The notes: generated by a model not told the origin, from the letters alone. Numbered from the stretch's first letter, positions 11,932-25,698 are shown. The stretch: 64,000 bases of DNA from an uncultured Microbacteriaceae bacterium (GCA_937872445.1 CALMSL010000193.1:1605-65604), one strand, 5' to 3'. Made by a program: numbers and translations.

Positions 11932-14533
11932 TCCCGGATCACCGCGCCGCACTCTTTCGCGGCGGCGGCGACACCGGCCAGTTTGGCTTCGGTTGCCTCC
12001 GCCGCGGTCAGCGTGCGGTCTGTAGCGCGGAAGCGCAGCGCGAACGTGAGCGACTTCGTTCCGGGCTCCACACCCGATCCGCGATAGTCGTCAACCAGAC
12101 GGGCGTGCTCAAGCAGCTCCCCCGCGCCGGCGGTGAACGCCGCGAGCACGGCGCCCGCGGTCACGGCATCCGCCACAACGAGCGACACATCCTGAGTAGC
12201 GGCGGGAAGCGTCGCGATCGGGTGGGATGAGACCTCGCGCGGGGCGAGATCGAGGAGCAGGCTCAGGTCCAGTTCCATCACCGCGACGCGTTTCGGCAGG
12301 TCAAGGTCGAGGGCGAGCGACGGAAGGACCTCGCCGGCGAATCCGACCTGAACGTCCCCGGAGAACACGGCCGCCGTCCGGCCCGGGTGCAATCCGTTCA
12401 CTTCGGCGGCCCGAGTCGTCAGCATCATCCCGAGGGCGGCCGCGGCCATGTCCACGGCGGCAAGCGCATCAGCCAGTCCGGCAACGACCGCGGGCTGGCC
12501 GGGCTGCTTCGCGATGACATCGCCGAGAATGAGCGCCGCGATTTTCGTCGGCTGGAGCGGGATGGAGTCGTTGAGCGCCGTCAGTTGCGCGTCGGTCGGC
12601 CGTTGGGCGCCCGGGGGCAGCGTTACTTCCTTCGCAAGTGCCGACGCATCGGGAAGGAAGACGGAACCGATTTCGAACAGGGACAGATCGACGAGGCCGC
12701 GCGAGAGGTTGCGCTGCGCTGCCGTCACCAAACCGGGCAGGAGGGACGTGCGCAGGTACGGCGCAGCACCATCGAGCGGATTGGCCAGTTCGATCGCGGC
12801 AGCAGTCACCCCGAATTGCGACAATTGCGGCTCCGAGACGAACGGATACGCCATGACTTCGGTGTGCCCGTTCGCCGCGAGAACCTGGGCGACGGATCGG
12901 CGCAACCGCTGCTCGCGCGTGAGCCCGCGACCGGGCGGCGCGGTGGGGAGCACCGCCGGAATGCGGTCGTAGCCGACAATCCTCGCGACCTCCTCCGCGA
13001 GGTCTGCGGCATCGCGAAGGTCGGGACGCCAGGAGGGCGGAACCACCGAGTAGCCGTCGGAGGTCGCGGTGACCGCGGCACCGATCGCCGAGAGCGAGTC
13101 CACCGTTTCCGGCTCCGTGAAGCCGGCTCCGATGATCGAATTCACAAATCCCGCGGGCAGCGCAATCGCTTCACGCTCGGAAATCGCGCCAACCTGCCAC
13201 ACGTGCGCATCCGCCACACCACCGGCGAGTTCGACGAGGAGTTCTGCCGCCCGAGTGGCGGCGGGTTCCGCCACGGCAAGGTCGACGCCGCGTTCGAAAC
13301 GTTTGGATGCTTCGCTCGGGAGTCGGTGGCGGCGCGCGGACCGGGCGATGGAGACGGGGTCGAAGTTTGCGGCCTCAATGAGCACGGTGCGCGTCGAGGA
13401 GCCGTTTTCCGTGCGCGCGCCGCCCATGACGCCCGCGATGCCGATCGGCCCCTCATCGTCCGTAATGAGGAGGTCCTCAGGGTCGAGAGAGCGCTCGTGG
13501 TCGTCAAGCGTGGTGATCCGCTCACCCTTGTGCGCCCTGCGCACGACGATGCCGCCGCGGATCGCGTCCAGATCGTAGGCGTGGAGTGGCTGCCCCAGCT
13601 CGATCATGACGTAGTTGGAGATGTCGACGACGAGCGAAATGGATCGGATGCCTGCGAGCGCGAGTCGCGCGATCATCCATGCCGGGGTGGGCCGGGTCGG
13701 GTCGACGTCGCGGACCACCCGCGTGACGAACAGCGAGCAGCCCTGCTTTCCGCGAATGGGGGCGTCGTCGGCGAGGGTGACGGGGACCGGGTTGCTCCCT
13801 TCGAGACGCGCTCCGCGCTCCTCAGGGAGCGGGGCAGGTTCGCTCCCTGAGGAGGCCGAAGGCCGTCTCGAAGGGGACGCAACCGCAAGGGCCGGATCTC
13901 GAAAAGTGGCACCCGTGGCATGCGAGTACTCCCGCGCAATACCCCGGATGGACAGCGCATACCCGCGGTCCGGAGTGATGTTGACCTCAACGGCCCAGTC
14001 GTCGAGACCGAGCAGCGGAAGCGCATCCGCCCCGACCTCCGGATCGAGGCCCAGCTCGGCCAGGCGCAGGATCCCGTCGTGCTCGTCGCCGAGACCGAGT
14101 TCGCGCGCCGAGGCGATCATCCCGTCGGATACGTGCCCATAGGTCGTGCGCGCGGCAATTGGGAACGGGCCGGGAAGCACCGACCCCGGCAGCGTCACGA
14201 CGACCTTGTCGCCGACAACGAAGTTCTGCGCGCCGCACACGATCCCTCGGATATCGCGGCCGCCTGCGGCTGCTTCGGTCCCTGAGGAGGTGGCGGAGCC
14301 GCCGTCTCGAAGGGTCCCCACATCCACCTGGCACCAGCGAATCGTCTTGCCGTTGCTCTGCGGTTCATCGACGAACTCGAGCACCTGCCCGACGACGATA
14401 GGCCCCTCGAGCCCGAACGAGTGGATGGCCTCCTCTTCCAGGCCCACGCGCACGAGTGCGGCGTGCAATTCCGCGGGTGCGAGCGTCTCTGGCGCGTCGA
14501 CGAATTCGCGCAGCCAGCTCACCGGGACGCGCA

Positions 14534-14534
<1 letters not shown>
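11928..14534 (-). CDS. pheT: Phenylalanine--tRNA ligase beta subunit
   Basis: 868 aa starting MRVPVSWLREFV, with B3/4, B5 and FDX-ACB type regions. Confidence 0.96.
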
Positions 14535-16505
<1,971 letters not shown>

Positions 16506-16509
<4 letters not shown>

Positions 16510-17156
16510 CTCATCACCACCACTCTCTTCTCGATGGCCCCGGCGATCAGGCCGAGGGGAACGGTGATGACGAGGTACAACAGCGCCGCATAGAGGAGAA
16601 CGAGGATGACGTCCCCCGGGTGGTCTCGCGTAGCCGCATCGGTCTGCTTGAAGAGTTCATCGACGAAGAAAATACCGGCAACCGACGTGTTCTTGGTGAG
16701 CGCGATGAAGACGTTGATGAGCGGCGGGACGACCATGCGCGCGGCCTGAGGAAGTACCACGAGGGTGACAGTTTGGGTAAAACCCATGCCGATGCTGCGG
16801 GCGGCTTCTGCCTGCCCGACGGGAACGCCGTTGAATCCGGATCGGATCGCCTCGGCCACGAACGGTGAGGTGTATGCGGTGAGGCCGATGAGTGCGAGCG
16901 GGTAGTAGTTCAGGTCGGAGCCGAGGATGGGAACGACCAGGGCGCAGAACATGAGGACGAGAAGGAGTGGGACGTTGCGCAGCACTTCCGTGTACGCGGT
17001 CGCAAACATCCGCAGCGAGGGGACCGGTGAAATCCGCATCGTCGCGATCAGAACCCCCACGACGAAGGCGCCGATCCCGGAAATGACGAGAAGTTGAAGC
17101 GTCATGAGGAAGCCGGCGAAGTAGGCCGGCGAGACGTCAATGATGGCGTCGATCAC
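16506..17156 (-). CDS. Amino-acid ABC transporter permease (GluC-like)
   Basis: 216 aa with a GTG start at 17156, EAA-loop-type region EAARSIGMGFTQT. Confidence 0.9.
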
Positions 17157-17202
17157 GTGTTCGCTTCACCTCCCTGTGGGCATGAGTCGTTCCGGCAGTG
17201 AG

Positions 17203-17230
17203 GCCCATCCGCACTCCCCTGCGGATGGGC
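17203..17230 (-). other. Intercistronic stem-loop after the substrate-binding-protein gene
   Basis: GCCCATCCGC (17203-17212) pairs with GCGGATGGGC (17221-17230), giving a perfect 10-bp stem with an 8-nt loop and no U tract. It lies between the SBP stop (17244) and the permease start (17156). Confidence 0.5.
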
Positions 17231-17243
17231 TCACCGGGTGTTG

Positions 17244-18110
17244 CTAGTTGGAGTAGCGGTTGACCGCTGGGGGCTGCGGCGTCTTCAGGACCTTGCCTGC
17301 AGTCGCCTCCCAGGCGGCCTTCCAGCTGCCGTCCGCGTAGGACTTCTCCAGCACATCGTTGATGAAGTTGCGGAATACGGTGTCATCGTGTGCGAGACCG
17401 ATGCCGTACGGCTCCTCCGTGAACGGGTTGCTGAGAACCTCGAACTCGCCAGCGTTCTGGTCGGCGAGGCCGGCCAGGATCACGTTGTCCGTGGTCACGG
17501 CGATGACCTTGCCGCTGCGCAGCGGCTCAAGGCAGTTGGAGTACGTGTCCGTCGTGATGAGGTTCACGCCGTAGGCCGCAATGTTCTTCTCCGACGTGGA
17601 ACCGGACACGCTGCACACGTTCTTGCCCTTGAGGTCCTCCGGGCCCTTGATGCCCTCGGGGTTGCCGGCAAGAACCAGGATGTCCTGGCCCGCGTTGTAG
17701 TACGGTCCCGCGAAGGAAATGACCTGCTTGCGCTTGTCATTGATCGTGTACGTCGCAACCACGATGTCCACGGTGCCGTTCTCGATGAACGGTTCACGGT
17801 TCTTCGACACCGTCTCAACCCACTTGATCTTGTCGGCGGGAATGCCGAGCGAAGCGGCGATGATCTTGCCGATCTCCACGTCGAACCCAACCGGGTCACC
17901 GCTCGGGCCCTTGAGGCCGAACAGCGGCTGGTCGAACTTGGTGCCGATCGTGATGGCGCCCGCGTCGGCGAGCTTCGCCATCGTGGTGCCAGCCTCGAAA
18001 GTGGGCTTGGTAACTACCGGCGGCGCGGTCGTGCCGCCTGCACATGCGCCGAGTCCGAGGACGCTGGCAGCAGCGATGGCAGTGATCATCAGAGTCTTTC
18101 TGATTCTCAT
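17244..18110 (-). CDS. Glutamate/amino-acid ABC transporter substrate-binding lipoprotein (GluB-like)
   Basis: The ATG at 18110 is preceded by AAGGAGA. The signal has lipobox LGLGAC. Family-3 SBP fold. Confidence 0.9.
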   Translation of the reverse strand: MRIRKTLMITAIAAASVLGLGACAGGTTAPPVVTKPTFEAGTTMAKLADAGAITIGTKFDQPLFGLKGPSGDPVGFDVEIGKIIAASLGIPADKIKWVETVSKNREPFIENGTVDIVVATYTINDKRKQVISFAGPYYNAGQDILVLAGNPEGIKGPEDLKGKNVCSVSGSTSEKNIAAYGVNLITTDTYSNCLEPLRSGKVIAVTTDNVILAGLADQNAGEFEVLSNPFTEEPYGIGLAHDDTVFRNFINDVLEKSYADGSWKAAWEATAGKVLKTPQPPAVNRYSN

Positions 18111-18143
18111 ATCTGTCTCCTTGCTAGGTTTCTTACCCACGGA

Positions 18144-18899
18144 TCAGTGGGTAAGGATTTTCGAGAGGAAGTCTTTCGCTCTCGAGGTTTGGGGGTCTGT
18201 GAAGAATTTCTCCGGAGTGGCTTCCTCGACGATTTCGCCGTCCGACATGAACAGGACGCGGTCCGCGGCCTTGCGAGCGAAACCCATCTCGTGAGTCACC
18301 ACGACCATGGTCATGCCGTCCTGGGCAAGCTGGATCATGACATCCAGCACTTCCGCGATCATCTCCGGGTCGAGAGCGGATGTCGGCTCGTCGAGAAGAA
18401 TCAGTTTCGGATCCATGGCCAGAACCCGCGCGATGGCAACGCGCTGCTGCTGGCCGCCGGAGAGCTGCGACGGCATTTTTTCGGCCTGATTGGCGACTCC
18501 GACGCGATCCAGCAATTCCATCGCGTGCTTGTCCGCTTCCGCCTTGGCGATGCGCCGCACTTTGCGCGGGCCCAGGGTCACGTTTTCGAGCACCGTCTTG
18601 TGGGCGAACAGATTGAACGACTGGAACACCATTCCGACGTCGGCGCGCAGCTTCGCGAGCCCTCGCCCCTCCTGCGGGAGCGCGACGCCGTCAATTGTGA
18701 TGGTGCCGTCATCGATCGTTTCCAGTCGATTGATCGCCCGGCAGAACGTCGACTTTCCCGAACCGCTCGGGCCAATGACGACGACAACCTCACCGCGACC
18801 AACCGTCGTCGTAATGTCCTTCAAGACGTGAAGCTCGCCGAAATGCTTATTGACGTGATCTATGACGACAAGCGGATCACCACTGTGTGAGGGCACCAT
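18144..18899 (-). CDS. Amino-acid ABC transporter ATP-binding protein (GluA-like)
   Basis: 251 aa with Walker [10 protein letters not shown], signature [13 protein letters not shown] and Walker [12 protein letters not shown]. Confidence 0.95.
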   Translation of the reverse strand: MVPSHSGDPLVVIDHVNKHFGELHVLKDITTTVGRGEVVVVIGPSGSGKSTFCRAINRLETIDDGTITIDGVALPQEGRGLAKLRADVGMVFQSFNLFAHKTVLENVTLGPRKVRRIAKAEADKHAMELLDRVGVANQAEKMPSQLSGGQQQRVAIARVLAMDPKLILLDEPTSALDPEMIAEVLDVMIQLAQDGMTMVVVTHEMGFARKAADRVLFMSDGEIVEEATPEKFFTDPQTSRAKDFLSKILTH

Positions 18900-19006
18900 G
18901 CCTTCAGGCTGTCATACGCTCCTGTCGGGAGACGAACTGAGAGACGGTTCGTAACCGAGACGTGACACGTACTCGAACTTATTGCACAGAGTGCAGCGAA
19001 ATTGAC

Positions 19007-19828
19007 TCAGTGCGCCCCGCGCTGGGCGAATGCCGACTCGTACAAACACACCGAGGCGGCAGTGGCGAGATTCAAGGACTCTGCGCGACCGTAGATCGGC
19101 ACACTCACCACGTGGTCGGCGAGCGCCAGCTTTTCGTCCGTGAGCCCCCTGGCTTCGTTGCCGAACAGCCACGCGGTTGGGGCAGCCAGCACGCCCTCCC
19201 CGCGCACCTGGAGAAGGTCGTCGCCCTTGATGTCGGCGGCAATCACCTGGATGCCGGCGTCCCGGCAGCGCTCCACGACATTTACCAGCTCGGCGTCAAC
19301 CGCGACGGGAAGGTGGAAGAGGGAGCCGGTCGACGCCCTGACCACCTTCGGGTTGTACAGGTCGACGCTTCGGCCGGAGAAAATCACCCCATCAGCTCCG
19401 GCGGCGTCGGCGGCGCGCACCATGGTGCCTGCGTTGCCGGGGTCGCGCACCTCCTCGAGGATTGCCAGAAGCATGGGGGTCGCCCCGTTCGGGTGGGCAC
19501 GCAGCAGATCCTTCAACGATGTGGGGAATTGATGGCACACCGCCACGATGCCCTGAGGCGTCACGGTGTCCGCCATCGACTCGAGCACCTTCTCGGTGAC
19601 GAATTCGACGTCCACCCCGGCATCGACCGCGCTCTGGGCAATGTCGGTGTAGCGCTCCAGCGCCGTCGGCGTCGCATACAGTTCGACGACGAGTTCGGCC
19701 CGGTACGCGAGGGCTTCCGCCACGGCCTGCGGTCCCTCAAGAAGGAAAAGCCCGGTCGATGACCGGGCTTCTCGCTTGTGAAGTTTCGCGACCGCCCGGA
19801 TCCGTGGGGAACGCGGGTTGTCGATCAT
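19007..19828 (-). CDS. TrmH/SpoU-family RNA 2'-O-methyltransferase (TsnR-like)
   Basis: 273 aa with motifs DPGNAGTMVRAADAAG and ESLNLATAASVCLYE. It sits downstream of rplT, as tsnR does in mycobacteria. Confidence 0.9.
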   Translation of the reverse strand: MIDNPRSPRIRAVAKLHKREARSSTGLFLLEGPQAVAEALAYRAELVVELYATPTALERYTDIAQSAVDAGVDVEFVTEKVLESMADTVTPQGIVAVCHQFPTSLKDLLRAHPNGATPMLLAILEEVRDPGNAGTMVRAADAAGADGVIFSGRSVDLYNPKVVRASTGSLFHLPVAVDAELVNVVERCRDAGIQVIAADIKGDDLLQVRGEGVLAAPTAWLFGNEARGLTDEKLALADHVVSVPIYGRAESLNLATAASVCLYESAFAQRGAH

Positions 19829-19847
19829 ACTTTGAGTCTAAACGGGT

Positions 19848-19888
19848 GCTCCCTTCGAGACGATCGCTTCGCGATCTCCTCAGGGAGC
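19848..19888 (-). terminator. Compound hairpin between rplT and the methyltransferase gene (terminator/attenuator candidate)
   Basis: The outer arms are GCTCCCT (19848-54) and AGGGAGC (19882-88). The inner perfect arms are GATCGC-ttc-GCGATC (19862-76). On the minus strand only a weak GTTT follows. Confidence 0.4.
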
Positions 19889-19895
19889 GGTACCG

Positions 19896-20288
<393 letters not shown>

Positions 20289-20317
20289 TTCCTGTTATTC
20301 CTTCTATGTCTGGCGGT

Positions 20318-20512
20318 CTAGCGACCGAGAAGCTTGTTGATGGCCTTGACGTCGGCCTTGGCGACCGGCTCGTCCTGGTTCAGACGGCGCTTGCGCTGGC
20401 CTGACTTCACCTCGAGGTTGTGGCGCATGCCAGCCTGCTGCTTCATGAGCTTGCCGCTCCCGGTGATCTTGAATCGCTTCTTCGCACCGGAGTGCGTCTT
20501 CTGTTTAGGCAT
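20318..20512 (-). CDS. rpmI: 50S ribosomal protein L35
   Basis: 64 aa starting [15 protein letters not shown]. Its start overlaps the infC 3' end by 8 nt. Confidence 0.98.
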   Translation of the reverse strand: MPKQKTHSGAKKRFKITGSGKLMKQQAGMRHNLEVKSGQRKRRLNQDEPVAKADVKAINKLLGR

Positions 20513-21098
20513 CCTTCTTGTCCTCTTTCTTGCTCACGTTGTTCTTTGCGGCCTGGCGGCGTGCATCGGCTTCCGCCTTCGCCGTGGCCTTGGTCTTGAG
20601 TGGTCCGATGACCATCACCATGTTGCGGCCGTCGATCGTCGGGGTGGACTCGACCGTGCCGTACTCGGCGACATCCTCGGCAAACTTCTGCAGCAACCGC
20701 ACACCCTGGTCGGGGCGGGACTGCTCACGACCGCGGAACAGGATCATGGCCTTGACCTTGTCGCCGCCCTGGAGGAAACCCTCCGCGCGCCGGCGCTTCG
20801 TCTCATAGTCGTGGGTGTCGATCTTGAGGCGGAACCGCACCTCCTTGAGGACGGTGTTGGCCTGGTTGCGTCTGGCCTCCTTGGCCTTCTGCGCCTCTTC
20901 GTACTTGAACTTCCCATAGTCCATGATTTTGGCGACCGGCGGTTTGGAGTTCGGTGCGACCTCGACAAGGTCGAGGTCCGCCTCCTGCGCCAGGCGCAGT
21001 GCAACCTCGATCTTGACCACACCGACCTGTTCGCCGCTGGGGCCGACAAGTCGAACCTCTGGCACACGAATACGGTCATTCGTACGGGGATCGCTGAT
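20505..21098 (-). CDS. infC: Translation initiation factor IF-3 (non-canonical ATC start)
   Basis: Within ORF 20505..21221 the conserved N-terminus [20 protein letters not shown] begins at ATC 21098-21096. That codon lies 6 nt after GAGGAG (21110-21105). No ATG, GTG or TTG lies between that SD and the conserved core. The C-terminus has a Lys-rich tail. Confidence 0.9.
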   Translation of the reverse strand: MSDPRTNDRIRVPEVRLVGPSGEQVGVVKIEVALRLAQEADLDLVEVAPNSKPPVAKIMDYGKFKYEEAQKAKEARRNQANTVLKEVRFRLKIDTHDYETKRRRAEGFLQGGDKVKAMILFRGREQSRPDQGVRLLQKFAEDVAEYGTVESTPTIDGRNMVMVIGPLKTKATAKAEADARRQAAKNNVSKKEDKKDA

Positions 21099-21370
21099 AG
21101 GTAGCTCCTCTAAAATTTCTCGTTGGACATGCTCGACGCGGTGACGGATGCCACCGTGCTGGCGAGAGAGGAAAACCACCGATTTGCAGGTCGGACTTTC
21201 ACCGCACAACAAACCCTGCACCCTGAACTACCGTTTCGTCTACTTCCCGTACGGCGGGGTGCCAACAACCCGGTAACCTAAAGAAGCGGTCGCGGGTGGG
21301 AGAATCTCCACTTTCGCACTGGAACTTTCACAGTCCCAGAGCCCGCATGAGTCTAACAGAGGAACACGGG

Positions 21371-21709
21371 ATGAGCGAGTCAGTCGAGGACCAGGCAACA
21401 CGGGATATCTCCGAAGTTCCGGCGGTCGAACTGATCAACACCGTCGCCGTGCACCTGCTGAGCGCGGCGGCGGTCAAGTGCGGTCTCGCCGACGATCCCC
21501 AGGCCGACATCGACCTCGACGAGGCGCGGAAGCTCATCAACGCCCTCGCGGGCCTCGTGACGGCCGCGGCCCCGGAAATCGGAAACCACCATGCTGCACC
21601 GCTGCGCGACGGCCTGAGATCCATCCAACTGGCGTTCCGGGAGGCGTCCGCTATTCCCGATGCGCCGGGGCAGGGTCCGGGAGAGAAGTACACCGGTCCG
21701 GTCAACTGA
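21371..21709 (+). CDS. DUF1844 domain protein
   Basis: The ATG at 21371 follows GAGGAA. 112 aa with the VELINTVAVHLLSAAAVKCGL core. It is divergent from infC, as is common in actinobacteria. Confidence 0.8.
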   Translation: MSESVEDQATRDISEVPAVELINTVAVHLLSAAAVKCGLADDPQADIDLDEARKLINALAGLVTAAAPEIGNHHAAPLRDGLRSIQLAFREASAIPDAPGQGPGEKYTGPVN

Positions 21710-21733
21710 CCGGCGTTTGCGCGCGGACGGGCA

Positions 21734-22495
21734 CTAGCTCGTGAGCGCGATCTCCAGCGAATCGACGTGCTGCGCGATGATCTCACTCGTCGACCAGCGG
21801 GACGAGAGGCGTTCAATCAGGGCCGACAGTTCATCGCCGTCGAGCCCCGCAACGAGCGTCAGCGACACGATAAGCTCGGGCCCCCGCAGGCGCGCCTTCG
21901 GGTCGCCGGAAGTCAGCGCCACCCCCAGCACGACGGATTCCTCCACGACCGACGCGGCGAATTCCCGTGCCACCGCCTCAGAGCGATAACTGGGCACCCA
22001 GTCCTCATCCCTCACGATCGACCACAGCGCGGGCCGGCGCAGCACGAACTCCGTCTCGGATGTCGGATCGAGCACGACGAGATCCGTCCCCTCGCTCGCG
22101 GCGGCCGCAGCGACCCGCGGCCCGGACACCGGGACGGGCCTCGCGTTCGGGTTCCACGCGGCCATGGCCGCGACCGAACTGAACACGGGAAGGACCCTGC
22201 GGCCATCCGGCCCCTCGACCGTCACGATCGACAGCTCCTGGCTCTTGTCGATAGTGCGGCCTCGATCGTCCAACCCGGCCTCGCCGAGCGCCGTGACGAG
22301 AGGAATCAGGAGCCGCGACGCGCAAAACGCGTCGACGACTTCCGTCTCGCCGCCCTCGCCGCCGCGGAACTTCCGGATCGCCTCCAGCAGGAGCGGGGGT
22401 GCGCTGCCGTCGTCATCGGCACTCGAGTTCGGCTCGAAGTGCCGCCCGGCCCACGGCTGCCCGGCAGAGTCTGCGGTGTTTGCGGGCTCGGTCAT
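21734..22495 (-). CDS. SseB family protein
   Basis: 253 aa with SRLLIPLV...VLPVFSSVAAMAAW, typical of actinobacterial SseB-like proteins located next to priA. Confidence 0.75.
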   Translation of the reverse strand: MTEPANTADSAGQPWAGRHFEPNSSADDDGSAPPLLLEAIRKFRGGEGGETEVVDAFCASRLLIPLVTALGEAGLDDRGRTIDKSQELSIVTVEGPDGRRVLPVFSSVAAMAAWNPNARPVPVSGPRVAAAAASEGTDLVVLDPTSETEFVLRRPALWSIVRDEDWVPSYRSEAVAREFAASVVEESVVLGVALTSGDPKARLRGPELIVSLTLVAGLDGDELSALIERLSSRWSTSEIIAQHVDSLEIALTS

Positions 22496-22504
22496 CGCCG
22501 ACCG

Positions 22505-23257
22505 CTAACTCGAGGCGACGTCGAGAGCCGCCGCGAGAGTGAATGCTTTCGTGTAGAGGGCCTTGCCGACGATCGTCCCCTCCAGGCCGAGCGGAACGAG
22601 CGCGCGCAGCACAGCGATGTCATCGAGGGTGGAGATCCCGCCCGAAGCGATGACCGGCTTGTCCGTTCGATTCGCCACCGAGGTGAGGAGTTCGATATTG
22701 GGGCCCTGCAGCGTGCCGTCCTTCGTGACATCCGTGACGACGTAACGGGCGCACCCCGCGCTTTCCAGGCGGTCCAGCACCTCGAACAGGTCGCCGCCGT
22801 CCCTCGTCCAGCCCCGTGCGGCGAGAGTCGTGCCGCGCACATCCAGACCCACGGCGATCGCTTCGCCGTAGTTCGCGATGACGTGTTCGGTCCACACCGG
22901 ATTTTCCAGAGCAGCGGTACCAAGATTGATGCGCTTCGCCCCGGTTGCGAGAGCCGCCTCGAGGCTCGCATCGTCGCGAATGCCCCCGGAGAGTTCGATG
23001 TTCACGCCGCGAGCCTGACGGATGACCTTCCGGATCGTCGCGTGATTGTTCCCTCGACCGAATGCCGCATCCAGGTCGACGAGATGAATCCACTCCGCCC
23101 CCTGATCGATCCAGTCGATCGTCGCGCCGACCGGGTCACCGTAGTTTGTTTCGGTGCCGGCGACACCGCGGGTGAGCCGTACCGCCTTGCCGTCCGCGAC
23201 ATCCACCGCGGGGAGCAGAACGAGCTTCGGGGTCGTGCTGAAATCACTCATCGACAT
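22505..23257 (-). CDS. priA: HisA/PriA (ProFAR isomerase, probably bifunctional PRA isomerase as in actinobacteria)
   Basis: 250 aa with [15 protein letters not shown] and a (beta/alpha)8 HisA family fold. The bifunctionality is inferred from taxonomy only. Confidence 0.88.
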   Translation of the reverse strand: MSMSDFSTTPKLVLLPAVDVADGKAVRLTRGVAGTETNYGDPVGATIDWIDQGAEWIHLVDLDAAFGRGNNHATIRKVIRQARGVNIELSGGIRDDASLEAALATGAKRINLGTAALENPVWTEHVIANYGEAIAVGLDVRGTTLAARGWTRDGGDLFEVLDRLESAGCARYVVTDVTKDGTLQGPNIELLTSVANRTDKPVIASGGISTLDDIAVLRALVPLGLEGTIVGKALYTKAFTLAAALDVASS

Positions 23258-23288
23258 CCTTCATCGGGGCAGGGGCAGGACTCAGATA

Positions 23289-23930
23289 CTAGTCATGGTG
23301 AAGAGCCGATACCCAATTGGACAGCAACCGAAGGCCGGCAGCGCCCGATTTCTCCGGATGGAACTGCGTCGCCATGAGCGGCCCGTTTTCCACCGCGGCC
23401 AGGAATGGGCCACCGTACGTGGTCCACGCGAGCTTCGCGGACGGAAGCGGGCCGTCCTCCGGCAGCAGCCACTCCTGTGCCGCATACGAGTGGACGAAAT
23501 AGAAGCGTTCGGAGCGGATGCCGTCGAACAGGATGGAATCCTCTGATGCATCCACCGTGTTCCAGCCGATGTGCGGGAGACGATCAGACGGCAAAACCGT
23601 GACCTCGCCCGGCCACTGGCCGAGCCCCGCCGATTCCGCGCCCCGTTCCCTGCCGCGCTCGAACATCACCTGCATTCCCACGCAAATTCCCAGCACCGGT
23701 CGGCCGCCGGCAAGCCGGCGATCGATAAGTTGGTCGCCGCGCACCCCCTGCAACGCTGACATGACCGCCGAAAAGGAGCCCACGCCGGGCACCACAAGAC
23801 CATCGGCCCGGGCACCCGCAACCGGGTCCGAGGTCAGCGTCACGTCGGCGCCGGCGGCCTCCAGCGCCTTCGCGGCGGAATGCACGTTCCCGCTACCGTA
23901 GTCGAGAACGACAACGGATGGCCGGATCAC
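23289..23930 (-). CDS. hisH: Imidazole glycerol phosphate synthase, glutaminase subunit
   Basis: 213 aa with [12 protein letters not shown], catalytic Cys in LGICVGMQ and a C-terminal FHPEKS. Confidence 0.95.
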   Translation of the reverse strand: MIRPSVVVLDYGSGNVHSAAKALEAAGADVTLTSDPVAGARADGLVVPGVGSFSAVMSALQGVRGDQLIDRRLAGGRPVLGICVGMQVMFERGRERGAESAGLGQWPGEVTVLPSDRLPHIGWNTVDASEDSILFDGIRSERFYFVHSYAAQEWLLPEDGPLPSAKLAWTTYGGPFLAAVENGPLMATQFHPEKSGAAGLRLLSNWVSALHHD

Positions 23931-24538
23931 AGTTGCAGCGTGCCTTTCGTGGAGGGGACCCCGGTCACCCGCGGGTCGAGGGAGATTGCCCTGCGCACTG
24001 CTCGGGCGAGCGCCTTGAACTCGGCCTCCGCGATGTGGTGCGGGTCGCGCCCGGCGAGCACCGTGACGTGGACGGTGAGGTCCGCGTTGAGCGCAATCGC
24101 CTCGAACACGTGCCGCACGAGCGAACCGGTGAAGTGACCTCCGATGAGGTGGAATTCGAAACCGACCGGCTCCCCCGAGTGCACGAAGTAGGGGCGGCCG
24201 GACACATCCACCACCGCCTGCACGAGCGCTTCATCGAGCGGGACGAGCGCGTCGCCGTAGCGCGAGATTCCCGACCGCTCCCCGAGCGCCGCGGTGATCG
24301 CGCGCCCGAGAAGAATGGCCGTGTCCTCCACGGTGTGATGGACGTCGATGTGGGTGTCTCCCGTGGCGCGCACCGTCAGGTCGATGAGCGAGTGCCGGGA
24401 GAATGCCGTCAGCAGGTGGTCGAAGAACGGGACGGTCGTGCTGATGTCGGACGTGCCGGAACCATCGAGGTCGAGGGAAAGGTCGATGCTCGATTCGCTG
24501 GTTTCCCGTCGAAGTTGCGCCGTACGGTGCGAAGTCAT
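23927..24538 (-). CDS. hisB: Imidazoleglycerol-phosphate dehydratase
   Basis: 203 aa with HHTVED and [10 protein letters not shown]-type motifs. Overlaps hisH by 4 nt. Confidence 0.95.
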   Translation of the reverse strand: MTSHRTAQLRRETSESSIDLSLDLDGSGTSDISTTVPFFDHLLTAFSRHSLIDLTVRATGDTHIDVHHTVEDTAILLGRAITAALGERSGISRYGDALVPLDEALVQAVVDVSGRPYFVHSGEPVGFEFHLIGGHFTGSLVRHVFEAIALNADLTVHVTVLAGRDPHHIAEAEFKALARAVRRAISLDPRVTGVPSTKGTLQL

Positions 24539-24547
24539 GGTCCCAGC

Positions 24548-25627
24548 CTACCGACGGGAAATCTCGGTCAACGCCGCCAGAAACTCGCTCGTCTCCTCGT
24601 GGGTGCCCGCTGTGACCCGAAGGTGGAGGGGTATGCCCACATCACGGATGAGGATGCCGCGTTCGAGCAATTCGGCAAACAGCGTGCGGGGGTCGGCAAT
24701 GCCCCCGAACAGGACGAAATTCGCTGCGGACGGCACCGGCGAAAACCCGAGGCTCGGCAATTCGGTGAGAATGCGGTCCCGCTGCGCCGTAATGTCGCCC
24801 ACGACAGCGAGCAATTCGCCGGAGTGACGCAGCGCGGCGCTCGCCGCGGCCTGGGTGAAGGCCGACAGGTGATACGGCAGGCGCACGAGCCGCAGCGCAT
24901 CGATGACCGCGGGATCCGCCGCCAGATAGCCAAGCCGGGCGCCGGCGAACGCGAACGCCTTGCTCATCGATCGGGACACCACGAGGCGTTCCCGACCGGG
25001 CAGCAGCGTCACGGCCGAGGGCGTCCCGGGTGGTGCGAACTCGACGTACGCCTCATCGACAACGACAATGCCTCTTGCGGCATCGTAGACCTCGCGAATC
25101 GTGTCGAGGGAGAGCGGGGTGCCCGTCGGGTTGTTGGGAGAACACAGGAATACGACGTCGGGCGCGTGCTCCCGCACCTGGCGCACCGCGGTTTCCGCGG
25201 TGAGCTCAAACGCGTCATCGCGGGTTCCGGGAATCCAGGCCGTGCCCGTGCCCCGCGCCAGGATCGGGTACATCGAATACGTCGGCTCGAACCCGAGAGC
25301 CGCCCTGCCGGGGCCGCCGAACGCGAGGAGGAGCTGCTGGAGTACCTCATTCGATCCGTTGGCCGCCCACAGTTGCTCCCGGTTGAGGCCATCCCCGAGG
25401 TAGGCGGCAAGGCCCTCCCGCAGTTCGGTGAATTCGCGATCCGGATAGCGGTTGGCGGAAAGGACTGCCCCGGCAAGCGAGGTGACGATGTCGTAGGCGA
25501 CGCCCTCCGGGATTGGATGCGAGTTCTCGTTGACGTTGAGGGGAACCCGAACGGGTTCCTGCGGCGCGCCATAGGGGACGAGGCCGCGAAGGTCATCGCG
25601 CAGCGGCAAATCGGCAAGGGATACCAC
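24548..25627 (-). CDS. hisC: Histidinol-phosphate aminotransferase
   Basis: Part of ORF 24548..25837, with LNVNENSHP and the PLP-Lys motif SRSMSKAFAFAG. The start is taken as GTG at 25627 (VVSLADLPLRDDL), giving 359 aa. Confidence 0.9.
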   Translation of the reverse strand: MVSLADLPLRDDLRGLVPYGAPQEPVRVPLNVNENSHPIPEGVAYDIVTSLAGAVLSANRYPDREFTELREGLAAYLGDGLNREQLWAANGSNEVLQQLLLAFGGPGRAALGFEPTYSMYPILARGTGTAWIPGTRDDAFELTAETAVRQVREHAPDVVFLCSPNNPTGTPLSLDTIREVYDAARGIVVVDEAYVEFAPPGTPSAVTLLPGRERLVVSRSMSKAFAFAGARLGYLAADPAVIDALRLVRLPYHLSAFTQAAASAALRHSGELLAVVGDITAQRDRILTELPSLGFSPVPSAANFVLFGGIADPRTLFAELLERGILIRDVGIPLHLRVTAGTHEETSEFLAALTEISRR

Positions 25628-25698
25628 CTGCGCAATGTTACGTGAGCGCGAACTGCAGTTACGCCGCGGTGCCGAACCGACGCGCGGTCCCCGCCGTG

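Noticed and set aside
18932-18952. ACGAAC-N9-GTTCGT dyad in the ABC-transporter 5' region as an SOS box
   Set aside because: The spacer is 9 nt instead of 4. It is more likely a 5'-UTR stem or chance.
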